In this document: piece by piece, positions 39,684-50,087 of the stretch
Layout of the letters: each line of letters opens with the position of its first letter
Numbering within the stretch: the stretch's first letter is position 1
NCBI GenBank assembly: GCA_021794385.1
Contig: JAJYQY010000086.1
Span: 3,216-67,215 of the forward strand
Direction of reading: 5' to 3'
From: Pseudomonadota bacterium
GTDB taxonomy: Bacteria > Pseudomonadota > Gammaproteobacteria > Acidithiobacillales > Acidithiobacillaceae
Length of the DNA: 64,000 bases
The notes under the pieces: model-generated
What the model saw: only the letters and a program-made list of their open reading frames with translations
The model's database searches: none
Told to the model about the DNA's origin: nothing
Made by a program: the position numbers and the translations under genes

Positions 39684-41866
39684 AACTCCATGCTGGCGCC
39701 CGGCACGTATTGGCCGAGCAGGCTTTGCGAGGCGTTGCCGAGGCTCGTAAGGCCGCGCAGCAAAATCTCAAAATAGACGGCGTTATTGGACTGACCGCCC
39801 AAAAGTATCTGGTGATACACCACCACACGGGCGGCCCAACAACCCCCATCATAGCCGATCCCCAGCAACTGCTCCAGAGGCTTTCTATCCCTGACGTCAT
39901 ACTGGTAACTGGCCAGGGCCTGCCAGTGCGGCGCCACCGGCCACGCGGCGGAGATGCCCGCCTGATCCACAAAATTCTGGGTGTAGCGATAGTCGAGATT
40001 GATCACGCGATTGCGCCCCGGCAACCACTGCGCCCGCAAGTTGAGACGCTCGAAACGCTGCCAGCGCGAGGCCACCTGCGTGCTGGCCAGGAAATTGAGG
40101 TCGCGCAAAGGCGCAAAGACTCCTTCGAGGAAATAACTGGACTGCTGGGCCTGCGGTACCACATTACCCGCAAGGTTGATCTGGCTGCTGTTGAAGTAGC
40201 GGATCTGACCGATGGATCCCTGCCAGAGTTGGCGCCCGGCGGGGGTCAGCCAGGTCCCCGTCAGACCCAGCGCCAGCAGATTGGCCGCGTTGATCCGGTC
40301 ATTGCCGGTATACAGGAAATTATCCTGGAAGATCATGGGGAAATTCTGAAAGGGCTGGCTGGCGTCAAAGATGGGGATATTGCTCTGATCCCTGGTGGGG
40401 ATATAAAGGTACTTGAACATGGGCTGGAGCAATGCGGTGCTGCCGTCCGCGCCGTAACGCACGAAATTCAGCCCACCCTTGAGACTCAGGGCCGGCAGAG
40501 TGCGGTTGATCACCCGCGAAAACAGCGGGTTATTGCGCTGGAGCTGATAGCGGCTGTAATAAAGCCGTGCCTGGGGCTCCAAGAAGCCCCAGCCGCTGCT
40601 GAAACGCCAGCCCACCGTGGGCGTAAGGTCCAGGCGCTGGCCGATAGGCCCGGTGGCGGCACTGAAATAATCGAAACTGCTCCGCCAGTCGAAATAACCG
40701 TTTTTCCCCAAACGCCAATAACCATCGGCGAAAATATGGGGGAGTTCGGCATAGGGGGCAATACTGTTTGGCACCAGTTCCTGATAGCCCTGCAGACTGA
40801 TACCGGCGTTGATATGGGTGCTATTATAATACACTCCGCCCATGGAACTAATGTACGGCGCATTGCCGATACCCCCCGCAAAATTACTTCCAAAGCCCGA
40901 TATCCCACTAAAATCCGAGAGGAAATTGGCGTAACTGACCCGGTTATAATTGACGGCGGCACTAAAGCCATGGCCGAGATTCTGATTGTGCTGCCAGGAG
41001 ACAGCCCAGAGGGTATTGCGGGTGAGCTGATCGTTGGGGAGAAGATCCAGAAACAGGGTGCCACTATAATTGGGCTCCAGATAACGAAACTGGTTTTGCA
41101 GCATGGCGCCACGCTTGGTGAAATAATTGGCGGTCAGGGTATCGTCCATATTGGGCGCGATATTGAAGTAATAAGGGATACCCAGGGAGAATCCGTTAAT
41201 GGTCGAGTTGCCAAAACTCGGCGCCAGAAAGCCCGAATGCCGCTCCAAGGGAAAACTGAAGCGTGGCAGCCAGAATACCGGCACCCCCAAGGCATCGATG
41301 CGGGTGTTGTAAGTCGTGACCTCGCCGCTATTCTGGTTGAGGTCGAGGCGGCTCGTCCACAATTCCCAGGCCGGCCTTGCCCCGTTACAGGTGGTGTAAC
41401 AGGCTTCGTTGAGACGGTAGACCCCCTTGGCCAGCTCCCGCCCCTGGGCGGCGTGGCCATGGCCGTTCTGGGCCGGCAGCAGGTAGCGCGGCTGGATCAC
41501 GATACCCTGGTTGGCCTGCAGATGGATGGTGGCCTTCGGCGCGGCCGTGAGCAGACCGGGACTGACCATGCGCACATGGCCTTCGGCAATGATCTCGTCC
41601 CTGGCCTGATCATAATGCACGGTGTCGGCATAAACGCGGCGATCCCCATAGAGCACCTCCACATCGCCGCTGGCCGTCCAGTGACCGCTACCCAGGCCCT
41701 GTACCTGATCGGCATAGAGCGTGACCGGCCCCTGTTCCGTCGCCGCGTGGGCGAGGAGCGGCCAGCAAATGGCCGCAAGGATGGCCAGACGCGACCGCGC
41801 CGGGCGCCGGGCCTTGGCGCCGAGGCGGGCGGTGTCTGTTTGCAGCTTTCCCAAAGGACTTTTCAT
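39680..41866 (-). CDS. lptD: LPS assembly outer-membrane protein LptD
   Basis: YTTC, SGFLAP, IPYYFNIAPNMD, DRINAAN and YDGGCW motifs. lptD-surA-pdxA order. Confidence 0.93.
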   Translation of the reverse strand: MKSPLGKLQTDTARLGAKARRPARSRLAILAAICWPLLAHAATEQGPVTLYADQVQGLGSGHWTASGDVEVLYGDRRVYADTVHYDQARDEIIAEGHVRMVSPGLLTAAPKATIHLQANQGIVIQPRYLLPAQNGHGHAAQGRELAKGVYRLNEACYTTCNGARPAWELWTSRLDLNQNSGEVTTYNTRIDALGVPVFWLPRFSFPLERHSGFLAPSFGNSTINGFSLGIPYYFNIAPNMDDTLTANYFTKRGAMLQNQFRYLEPNYSGTLFLDLLPNDQLTRNTLWAVSWQHNQNLGHGFSAAVNYNRVSYANFLSDFSGISGFGSNFAGGIGNAPYISSMGGVYYNSTHINAGISLQGYQELVPNSIAPYAELPHIFADGYWRLGKNGYFDWRSSFDYFSAATGPIGQRLDLTPTVGWRFSSGWGFLEPQARLYYSRYQLQRNNPLFSRVINRTLPALSLKGGLNFVRYGADGSTALLQPMFKYLYIPTRDQSNIPIFDASQPFQNFPMIFQDNFLYTGNDRINAANLLALGLTGTWLTPAGRQLWQGSIGQIRYFNSSQINLAGNVVPQAQQSSYFLEGVFAPLRDLNFLASTQVASRWQRFERLNLRAQWLPGRNRVINLDYRYTQNFVDQAGISAAWPVAPHWQALASYQYDVRDRKPLEQLLGIGYDGGCWAARVVVYHQILLGGQSNNAVYFEILLRGLTSLGNASQSLLGQYVPGASMEF

Positions 41867-41895
41867 AGGGGCCTAAAATCGCACAGAATGCTTTT

Positions 41896-42927
41896 ATGTC
41901 GCAATCGCATCCTGCATCTTTTTTTTCCCCGCCCAATCCCGGCGAGCGCCGCGCCGCGCAACGGCACGGCTGGCTGCGCGCCCAGGGCCTCGATTTCGCC
42001 CGGGCGGAAGCCATCCCCGGCGATGCCAGCGGCCGCCACTACTGGCGGCTGCCGGCAGAGGGTCTGATCCTCATGGATGCAGCGCCGCCGGAAGACCCCT
42101 TGCCCTTTTTACGCGTGCAGCGGCGTTTCCTGCTGCTCGGTCTGCGCGTACCGCGGATGCATGGGGTGGATCTGGGCCAGGGCTTTCTGCTGCTGGAGGA
42201 TCTCGGCAACCGTGATCTCAAGGCCGCCCTGGATGCCGGGGAAGATGCCGACACCTGGATGACCCGAGCCATGACGGTCATTCTTGATCTGCAGGCCGGC
42301 AGCCGCCGGCAGTACCCGCGCCCGCCCCTGCCGTCTTTCGATGCCGCCCATATCGGCACCGAACTGTCCCTCTTTCGCGACTGGTATCTGGGACGCCACC
42401 TGGGTCTCGCCCTGGGGCCGGAAACCCAAACGCGCCTCCAGGCATGCTTCGCGCAGCTTACGGCCAATGCCCTCAAGGAACCGCAAGTCTGGGTCCACCG
42501 TGATTTTCACGCCCGCAATCTCATCTGTCTGGCGGGCGGCGGATTGGGCATCCTCGATTTCCAGGACGCCGTGCGGGGGCCCATCTCTTACGACCTCGCC
42601 TCCCTGCTCTGGGATCGCTACTGGGATTGGGGCGCCGAGCGACGCCAGGATTGGGCCGTCCAGTTCCATCAGGCGGCACAGAGGCGCGGTCTGGCTCTGC
42701 CGGGACGGGCGGATTTTCTGCGCGACCTGGGCCGCATGGGGCTGCAGCGCAACCTCAAGATCCTCGGCATCTTCTGCCGTCTCGCCTACCGCGATGGCAA
42801 AGAGGAATATCTCCGATTCCTGCCCCGCTTCTGGGCCTATGTCCGGGAGGCCATGGCGGCAGACCCGGAACTTTGCCGCTATCAGGCCGATTTCGCCCCG
42901 TGGACACCATCGCCATGCGGGCCATGA
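41896..42927 (+). CDS. amgK: Anomeric MurNAc/GlcNAc kinase (APH family)
   Basis: GDASGRHY, HRDFHARNL, LDFQDA and QRNLKILGIF. Divergent from lptD and upstream of murU. Confidence 0.87.
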   Translation: MSQSHPASFFSPPNPGERRAAQRHGWLRAQGLDFARAEAIPGDASGRHYWRLPAEGLILMDAAPPEDPLPFLRVQRRFLLLGLRVPRMHGVDLGQGFLLLEDLGNRDLKAALDAGEDADTWMTRAMTVILDLQAGSRRQYPRPPLPSFDAAHIGTELSLFRDWYLGRHLGLALGPETQTRLQACFAQLTANALKEPQVWVHRDFHARNLICLAGGGLGILDFQDAVRGPISYDLASLLWDRYWDWGAERRQDWAVQFHQAAQRRGLALPGRADFLRDLGRMGLQRNLKILGIFCRLAYRDGKEEYLRFLPRFWAYVREAMAADPELCRYQADFAPWTPSPCGP

Positions 42928-43577
42928 TCCTGGCTGCAGGTCGCGGCGAACGCCTGCGCCCGCTGACGGACCACACCCCCAAGCCGCTGCTGGAGGTGGG
43001 TGGCAAAGCCCTCATCGTCCATCACCTGGAGGCGCTGGCAGCGGCGGGCATTCGCGAGGTGGTCATCAATATCGGTCATCTCGGCGGCGCCATCGTGGCC
43101 GCCCTGGGCGACAACCATGGCGCTTGCCGCATCCATTACAGCGACGAGGGCGACGGGATATTGGAAACCGGCGGCGCCATCGTCCACGCCCTCCCCCTCC
43201 TCGGCGATGGGCCCTTTCTCCTGGTCAACGCCGACATCTTCACCGATTTCCCCTGGGCATCCCTCCTGCAAAGCGATGACCGCCCCGCCCATCTTGTCCT
43301 CGTGCCCAATCCGCCCCAGCACCCGCAGGGCGACTTCGCCCTCAGCGGCACGCGAGTGGCTTTAGATGCGGAACACCGCCATACTTACGCAGGGATCGCC
43401 CGCCTGCACACGGACCTCTTCCATGCCTACCCGGCGCTGCGCGCGCCGCTGGCCCCCTGGCTGCGCCAATGGATCGCGGCAGGACAGGTCAGCGGCAGCC
43501 TATATCGCGGGAACTGGCTGGATGTGGGCACGGCAGAACGCCTGCAGGCGGCGCGTGCCTTGTACACGGAGAAATAA
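42915..43577 (+). CDS. murU: MurNAc-alpha-1-phosphate uridylyltransferase
   Basis: MRAMILAAGRGERLRPLTDHTPKPLL, LETGG and WLDVGT motifs. Confidence 0.9.
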   Translation: MRAMILAAGRGERLRPLTDHTPKPLLEVGGKALIVHHLEALAAAGIREVVINIGHLGGAIVAALGDNHGACRIHYSDEGDGILETGGAIVHALPLLGDGPFLLVNADIFTDFPWASLLQSDDRPAHLVLVPNPPQHPQGDFALSGTRVALDAEHRHTYAGIARLHTDLFHAYPALRAPLAPWLRQWIAAGQVSGSLYRGNWLDVGTAERLQAARALYTEK

Positions 43578-43582
43578 ACGTC

Positions 43583-44017
43583 ATGGCCTTTGACCCGGAA
43601 GCAGTCCACAGCGCAGTCACTCTCGACCCGGCCACCCGGCAGACATTGCGGACGCAGTGGTGCAGCCTCATGGAACTGGCGGTATGGGGCGAGATCAGGA
43701 GCAGCCAGATCGGGCTGCTCCCCAAGCTGCGCAAGCGGGTGCTGGACCTCGGCGAGAAATTGCGCTCCTATGCCGGCGACCGGCGCTGGATCCCGCACCC
43801 GCGCGAGCAGATCAAAAATGCCCTCAGCGGCAGCCTGCAGGCCCGGGATGCCCTGGACAAGGTGGCAGAGCTGATCCCGGGGGTGGATAGCGGCAGCGAG
43901 CGCGACGCCTTCCGCACCGGCTGGGACGCCCTGCGCCATACCCTGGAGGCGGATATCGGTCCGCGCGAGGCGCGCTTGGTCAGCCTGCTCGATGGTCAGT
44001 ATCAAGAGGAAGTGTAG
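43583..44017 (+). CDS. Hypothetical alpha-helical protein (144 aa)
   Basis: RBS GGAG, tightly packed after murU, protein-like composition. No family recognised. Confidence 0.75.
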   Translation: MAFDPEAVHSAVTLDPATRQTLRTQWCSLMELAVWGEIRSSQIGLLPKLRKRVLDLGEKLRSYAGDRRWIPHPREQIKNALSGSLQARDALDKVAELIPGVDSGSERDAFRTGWDALRHTLEADIGPREARLVSLLDGQYQEEV

Positions 44018-44025
44018 GAAAAATC

Positions 44026-44301
44026 ATGAAAATCATTTACGCGCTCGTCATTATTGGCGCCCTCGCCGTTATTGCCGCCCTGGTCTGGTGGGGAAGGGAA
44101 GAAGAAGGGACCGTCGTCAACGATCAGTCCGTGCATTGGTATCAGGCGCACCCCGACGCCTTGGCGGCGGAGAATCTCAAATGCTGGAAACTGATCAGAG
44201 CAGCATCCTTTGCGGATGTGGACCAAGTGATGGCCGCCCATCCCCACTGCAAGGTCGTCTACCAGGCTATCGAACTGCAGGATCGGGAGGGAGAACAGTG
44301 A
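44026..44301 (+). CDS. Small membrane-anchored protein with an EexN-like WY..H...C...PxC motif
   Basis: N-terminal TM segment, then QSVHWYQAHPD...LKC...HPHC. Stop overlaps the kdsD GTG start. Confidence 0.7.
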   Translation: MKIIYALVIIGALAVIAALVWWGREEEGTVVNDQSVHWYQAHPDALAAENLKCWKLIRAASFADVDQVMAAHPHCKVVYQAIELQDREGEQ

Positions 44302-45305
44302 GCGCATTCCCCGGCGACGCACGCAGTTCCCCGACAAGCGCAGAATCGCTCTGCCGGCTGGGGCGGGAAGTGCTGCGCCTGGAAGCCGCCGCGGTGGCCG
44401 CCCTGGAGGCCCGCATTGACGGGCATTTTGCCCATGCCTGCGAAATCCTCCTTGCCTGCCCGGGACGCATCGTGGTGAGCGGCATGGGCAAGTCGGGCAT
44501 TATCGCCAAAAAGATCGCCGCCACCCTGGCCAGCACCGGCAGTCCCGCCCTCTTCCTCCATCCGGCCGAGGGCAGCCATGGCGATCTCGGTATGCTTACC
44601 CGCCAGGACTGCCTCCTGGTCCTGTCCAATTCCGGCGAGACTGCGGAACTGCTGGCCATCCTGCCGGTGGTCAAACGCCTGGGCGTCCCCCTGCTTGCCA
44701 TGACCGGCAATCCCCAGTCCACCCTGGCGCGGGTCGCCGATTGCCACCTCGACTGCTCCGTGGAACGCGAGGCCTGCCCCCTCAACCTCGCCCCCACCGC
44801 CTCCACCACCGCCACCCTCGCCATGGGCGACGCCCTGGCCATGGCGCTCCTGCAGGCCCGCGGTTTCTCCGCCGACGACTTCGCCCTCTCCCATCCCGGC
44901 GGCAGCCTGGGCAAACGGCTGCTGCTGCGGGTCCGGGATCTCATGCATTGCGACACGGCCCTGCCCAAGGTCGCGCCCGCCACCCCCCTGCGCGAGGCGG
45001 TGCTGGAAATCAGCGGCAAAGGGCTGGGGATGACCGCCGTATGTGATGACCAGGACCGGATCCTCGGCATCTTTACCGACGGGGATCTGCGCCGCGCCCT
45101 GAGCCGGGAACATGATCTCTGGGATCGGCCCATGGCCGAACTGGCCCACCCGCACCCGCGGACCATCGACCCCGACGCCCTGGCGGCCGAGGCCCTGGCC
45201 ATGATGGAAAAACATCGCATCGGTGCGCTGCTGGTGGCAGGCAGCGACGGCCGCTTGCTGGGCGCATTGAACATGCATGATCTCCTGCGTGCAGGCATCG
45301 TATGA
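44298..45305 (+). CDS. kdsD: Arabinose-5-phosphate isomerase (KpsF/GutQ family)
   Basis: SGMGKSG, HPAEGSHGDLG, EACPLNLAPTAST, HPGGSLG and a CBS pair. Confidence 0.95.
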   Translation: MSAFPGDARSSPTSAESLCRLGREVLRLEAAAVAALEARIDGHFAHACEILLACPGRIVVSGMGKSGIIAKKIAATLASTGSPALFLHPAEGSHGDLGMLTRQDCLLVLSNSGETAELLAILPVVKRLGVPLLAMTGNPQSTLARVADCHLDCSVEREACPLNLAPTASTTATLAMGDALAMALLQARGFSADDFALSHPGGSLGKRLLLRVRDLMHCDTALPKVAPATPLREAVLEISGKGLGMTAVCDDQDRILGIFTDGDLRRALSREHDLWDRPMAELAHPHPRTIDPDALAAEALAMMEKHRIGALLVAGSDGRLLGALNMHDLLRAGIV

Positions 45306-45865
45306 AGGAGCAACCCATGGCCGAAACCAGTCCGGAAGTCCTCGCCGCAGGCCGCCGGATCCGCCTCCTGATCCTCGATGTGGACGGCGTACTCACCGAC
45401 GGCCGTCTCACCCTGGATGCCCAGGGCGATGAAACCAAGACCTTCCATGTGCGCGACGGTCACGGCATCAAGCTGCTCCAGGCCCGGGGCATGGAGGTGG
45501 CCATCATCACTGCCCGCCACTCCCCAGCCTTGGCCCACCGCGCCCACGAACTGGGTATTCATCGCGTCTACCAGGGCTATCAGGACAAGTGTCTGGCCTA
45601 CACCGAACTCAAGATCGCCCTGGGGCTGGAGGATGAAGCGGTCGCCTATATGGGCGATGACCTGCTGGACCTCCCCATCCTCATTCGCGCCGGTCTGGCG
45701 GCCGCCCCTGCGGATGCCCATGCCGAAGTCCTGAAACATGTCCACTGGCACAGCCGCCTGGGCGGCGGCTGGGGCGCCGTGCGCGAACTCTGCGATCTTC
45801 TGCTGCAGGCGCAGGGCCACTGGTCCCCCGTCCTGCAGAGCTATCTGGATCGCGGACCGCGATGA
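45302..45865 (+). CDS. kdsC: KDO 8-phosphate phosphatase
   Basis: LDVDGVLTDG, FHVRDG, YMGDD and GGWGAVRE motifs. Confidence 0.95.
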   Translation: MKEQPMAETSPEVLAAGRRIRLLILDVDGVLTDGRLTLDAQGDETKTFHVRDGHGIKLLQARGMEVAIITARHSPALAHRAHELGIHRVYQGYQDKCLAYTELKIALGLEDEAVAYMGDDLLDLPILIRAGLAAAPADAHAEVLKHVHWHSRLGGGWGAVRELCDLLLQAQGHWSPVLQSYLDRGPR

Positions 45866-46416
45866 GAGTTATGCGCCTGCCCTCGCCGGGCTTCCTCCTC
45901 CTCAGCCTGGGACTGGCCGCCGCAGTCTGGTTCTCGTGGCCCAAGCACCCCTTGCCGCTGCCCCACATCGACTGGCATGGCCAGATCCGCCGCGGCGACC
46001 AAGCCGCCGAAGATGTGATCATGCGTCAATACACGGCAGCGGGCGCCCTGGACCTGCTGGCCACGGCACAAACGGCCTGGCATGACCCGGAAAATCACGA
46101 AACGATGCTCCGCGGCATCACGGTGCAGCGTTTTCGTGCCAACGGGACCATGCATCTGCAGGCCGAGCATGGTCAGATGGATGATCGCAGCCGACTGTTG
46201 ACCCTCTGGGGGCACGTCATCGCCAGCATGCCCCCGGATACCCGGCTCCTCACCGAGAGGGTGCATTACGACCCGCGAACGGGCATCATCACTACCCGGC
46301 AGGCGGTGCGCCTGGAGCGCGGCGCCAACTGGATAACGGGAGTGGGCCTCTGGGCCTCGGTAAAGGCGGAGCAAATGAACATCCTCCATGACGTGCAGGG
46401 CGTCTATGCGCCATAA
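45862..46416 (+). CDS. lptC: LPS export protein LptC
   Basis: N-terminal TM segment plus beta-rich domain, in the kdsC-lptC-lptA-lptB position. Confidence 0.85.
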   Translation: MRVMRLPSPGFLLLSLGLAAAVWFSWPKHPLPLPHIDWHGQIRRGDQAAEDVIMRQYTAAGALDLLATAQTAWHDPENHETMLRGITVQRFRANGTMHLQAEHGQMDDRSRLLTLWGHVIASMPPDTRLLTERVHYDPRTGIITTRQAVRLERGANWITGVGLWASVKAEQMNILHDVQGVYAP

Positions 46417-46929
46417 GGGCTTATTTTTCCTTGTGATCATCTGCGCCACGGCCACTGCCTGGGCAGCGCAGACAGCGCCGGTGGCCGGGGGTCTGGGCAA
46501 AGGTCCCGTCCATATCAGCGCCGATAGCCTGCATGCCGAAAACCAGCCGCGCCAGCAGGCGATTTATACCGGCAATGTGATCATGACCCAGGGCGATGTG
46601 ATCATCCACGCCCAAACCCTGACCATCGACGCCGCCCAAGGCAAGATCCAGAAGGCCACGGCCATCGGCAGCCCCGTCACCTTCACCATGTCCAGCGCCC
46701 AGCGCCACGGCTACGGCAACACCCTCGTCTACCTGCCCGACAGCGCCGAGGTCATCCTCACCGGCAACGCCCATCTCTGGCAGGAGAAGAACGAGGTCAG
46801 CGGCGAGCGCATCGTGTATTTCCTGCAGAATCAGCAGACCCAGGTGACCGCTACCCCCGGGCAGCGCGTTCAGTCCGTGTTCTATCCGGCGGCGGCCAAT
46901 CGCTCCGCAAACGGCAACGGTAAGAAGCC

Positions 46930-46933
<4 letters not shown>
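46406..46933 (+). CDS. lptA: LPS transport periplasmic protein LptA
   Basis: Signal peptide, [22 protein letters not shown] and GERIVY motifs. Confidence 0.9.
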
Positions 46934-47655
<722 letters not shown>

Positions 47656-47667
47656 GTTGAAGAGATC

Positions 47668-49092
47668 ATGAAGCAAGGCCTAGAACTCAAGCTCGGCCAA
47701 CATCTGGCCATGACCCCCCAACTGCAACAGGCCATTCGCCTGCTGCAGCTTTCTACAGTGGATCTGCAACAGGAAATCCAGAGCATGCTGGAGAGCAACC
47801 CGCTGCTGGACGAGGATGCCGGCGAGGAAGGGACCGGCAGTGGCGCCGTGGAGCCGGGCACCGTCATGGATCAGGACCGGCAGATCGACCTCTCGGCCGA
47901 CACCCCGCTCCCCGAAGAACTGCCCCTCGATAGCCAGTGGGACGACGTATTCGACCTCGGCCTCCCGGCGACGGCTGCCGTCCCCGACGAAGATCTCCCC
48001 GATTTCGAATCCCGCAACAGCAGCCCCCAAAGCCTCCAGGATTACCTGCGCTGGCAGGCCGATATGACCCATTTCACCAGCAGCGAACGCAATATTGCCG
48101 AAGTCATCATCGACTCCATTGATGAACGAGGCTATCTCGGCACCGATCTGGGTGAGATGGCAACATTACTCGATGTCGGTGAAGAGCAAATCCGTGCGGT
48201 GCTGCAGCAGATCCAGCAATTCGACCCCCCCGGGGTGGCGGCGCGCGACCTCAGTGAGTGTCTGGCCCTGCAATTGCAATTATTGGCCGACAGCGATGCC
48301 AGCGCCGCCCTCGCCCTGCGTATCGTCCGGGAGCATCTCCCGACCCTGGGCCGCCATGATTACGCCCGACTCTGCCAGGTCCTCGGCGTCGATGAAACCG
48401 CCCTGCGCCCCGCCCTTGCCCTCATTGCCTCCCTCAACCCCAAGCCGGGGGAGAACATTGGCGGCGAAAGCACCGAGTACGTCATCCCCGATGTCATCGT
48501 TCGCCGGGTGGGCACGCGGCTGCGCGTCGAACTCAACCCCGAGGCCATGCCGCGCTTGCGCATCAACCGTCATTATGCCGACATGGCCGGCGGCAAGGAC
48601 GCCACCCACAAATATATCCAGGATCACCTCAACGAGGCGCGCTGGTTCATCAAGAGTCTGCAAAGCCGCCAGGAAACCGTGCTCAAGGTGGCCAACGCCA
48701 TTGTCGAGCGGCAGAAAGACTTCTTCGAGCATGGCCCGGAATCCATGCGCCCCATGGTTCTGCGCCACATCGCCGAAGCGGTGGAGATGCACGAATCCAC
48801 GGTCTCGCGGGTCACCAACCAGAAATACATGATCACTCCCCGCGGGCTCTTCGAATTCAAGTATTTTTTTTCCAGCCACGTCAGCACCGATAGTGGCGGT
48901 TCCGCCTCGGCCACCGCCATCCGCGCCCTCATCATCAAATTCATCCAGGCCGAAGACCCGCGCCATCCCCTGAGTGATGCGGAGATTGCCAAGATCCTCG
49001 CCGATCAGGGGGTGCAGATTGCCCGGCGCACCGTGGCCAAGTATCGTGAAGGGGAAAATCTTCCCCCTGCCAGCCAGCGCCGGCATCTGTGA
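47668..49092 (+). CDS. rpoN: RNA polymerase sigma-54 factor
   Basis: MTPQLQQAIRLLQL, HESTVSR and the RpoN box ARRTVAKYR. Confidence 0.98.
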   Translation: MKQGLELKLGQHLAMTPQLQQAIRLLQLSTVDLQQEIQSMLESNPLLDEDAGEEGTGSGAVEPGTVMDQDRQIDLSADTPLPEELPLDSQWDDVFDLGLPATAAVPDEDLPDFESRNSSPQSLQDYLRWQADMTHFTSSERNIAEVIIDSIDERGYLGTDLGEMATLLDVGEEQIRAVLQQIQQFDPPGVAARDLSECLALQLQLLADSDASAALALRIVREHLPTLGRHDYARLCQVLGVDETALRPALALIASLNPKPGENIGGESTEYVIPDVIVRRVGTRLRVELNPEAMPRLRINRHYADMAGGKDATHKYIQDHLNEARWFIKSLQSRQETVLKVANAIVERQKDFFEHGPESMRPMVLRHIAEAVEMHESTVSRVTNQKYMITPRGLFEFKYFFSSHVSTDSGGSASATAIRALIIKFIQAEDPRHPLSDAEIAKILADQGVQIARRTVAKYREGENLPPASQRRHL

Positions 49093-49206
49093 AGTCCATG
49101 CGCGAGAGAGGCTGCATGAAACGAGCGAAGGCGATACACTGAGCATTCCAGCCCCTGGCAGGAACGGGGACGACCACGTCATCACCACCATTGCGAGGAA
49201 GGAATC

Positions 49207-49548
49207 ATGCAACTCACCATCACCGGCCAACACCTGGACCTCACCGACGCCCTCAAAAGTTTTGTCACCGAAAAACTGGGGCGTGTCGATCACTATTTCG
49301 ATCATGTCATCGACGGCCACGTCGTGCTCAAATACACGGCCCACGAAAAACTCCCCAATGCCGCAGAAGTAACGGTGCATGCCCCCGGTCGTACCTTTCA
49401 TGCCGAGAGCGAGGACCAGGATATGTATGCGGCCATCGACTTGCTCGCCGCCAAGCTGGAGGTCCAGGTGCGCAACCACAAGGAGAAACTGACCGACCGG
49501 CGTAACCATCATCAGGCACCGCTCGCGGCGGCCGCCGAGACGGACTGA
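49207..49548 (+). CDS. hpf: Ribosome hibernation promoting factor
   Basis: MQLTITGQHLDLTDAL and DMYAAID motifs. Directly after rpoN. Confidence 0.93.
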   Translation: MQLTITGQHLDLTDALKSFVTEKLGRVDHYFDHVIDGHVVLKYTAHEKLPNAAEVTVHAPGRTFHAESEDQDMYAAIDLLAAKLEVQVRNHKEKLTDRRNHHQAPLAAAAETD

Positions 49549-49556
49549 CCGCCGTC

Positions 49557-50009
49557 ATGGCAGCCCTTGAGATCCCGGTGACGGCCATTCGTCTCGATGC
49601 GCCAGTGCGCACCGGTGCCGAGGCGCTGGCCGCCCTAGCCGAACTCCTGGCACCCGTTGCGGGACGCCCCGCAGCACAGATAGCCCAGGCGCTGCAGGAG
49701 CGGGAAAGACAGGGTTCCACGGGCATTGGTCATGGCGTGGCGCTGCCCCATGCCCGCCTGGAAGGCATCACGGAGGTGGTCATAGCCGCCCTGCGCAGCG
49801 CCAAGGGCCTGCCCTTTGCCGCGCCCGATGGCGAGGATGTGCAATTGCTCATTGCCGTCCTCGTCCCCAGGAACGCGCCCACCATCCATCTCGAAACCCT
49901 TTCCGCCCTCGCCGCCCGTCTGGCTGATGCCGGGCTCCGGGAAAGGCTGCGCAGTACCGGCGATGCCGCCGATTTTCAGCAACAGTTGACGGGCGTGCCT
50001 GTGGGGTGA
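49557..50009 (+). CDS. ptsN: PTS EIIA-Ntr
   Basis: RERQGSTGIGHGVALPHAR, in the rpoN operon. Confidence 0.9.
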   Translation: MAALEIPVTAIRLDAPVRTGAEALAALAELLAPVAGRPAAQIAQALQERERQGSTGIGHGVALPHARLEGITEVVIAALRSAKGLPFAAPDGEDVQLLIAVLVPRNAPTIHLETLSALAARLADAGLRERLRSTGDAADFQQQLTGVPVG

Positions 50010-50087
50010 TGCCAATGTCGTCCCCGCTGTCGCCATGGCCCGGCCAGGGGGACGCCCTCCCGCCGTCGGGCGGGAGGGGGAGGCAGC

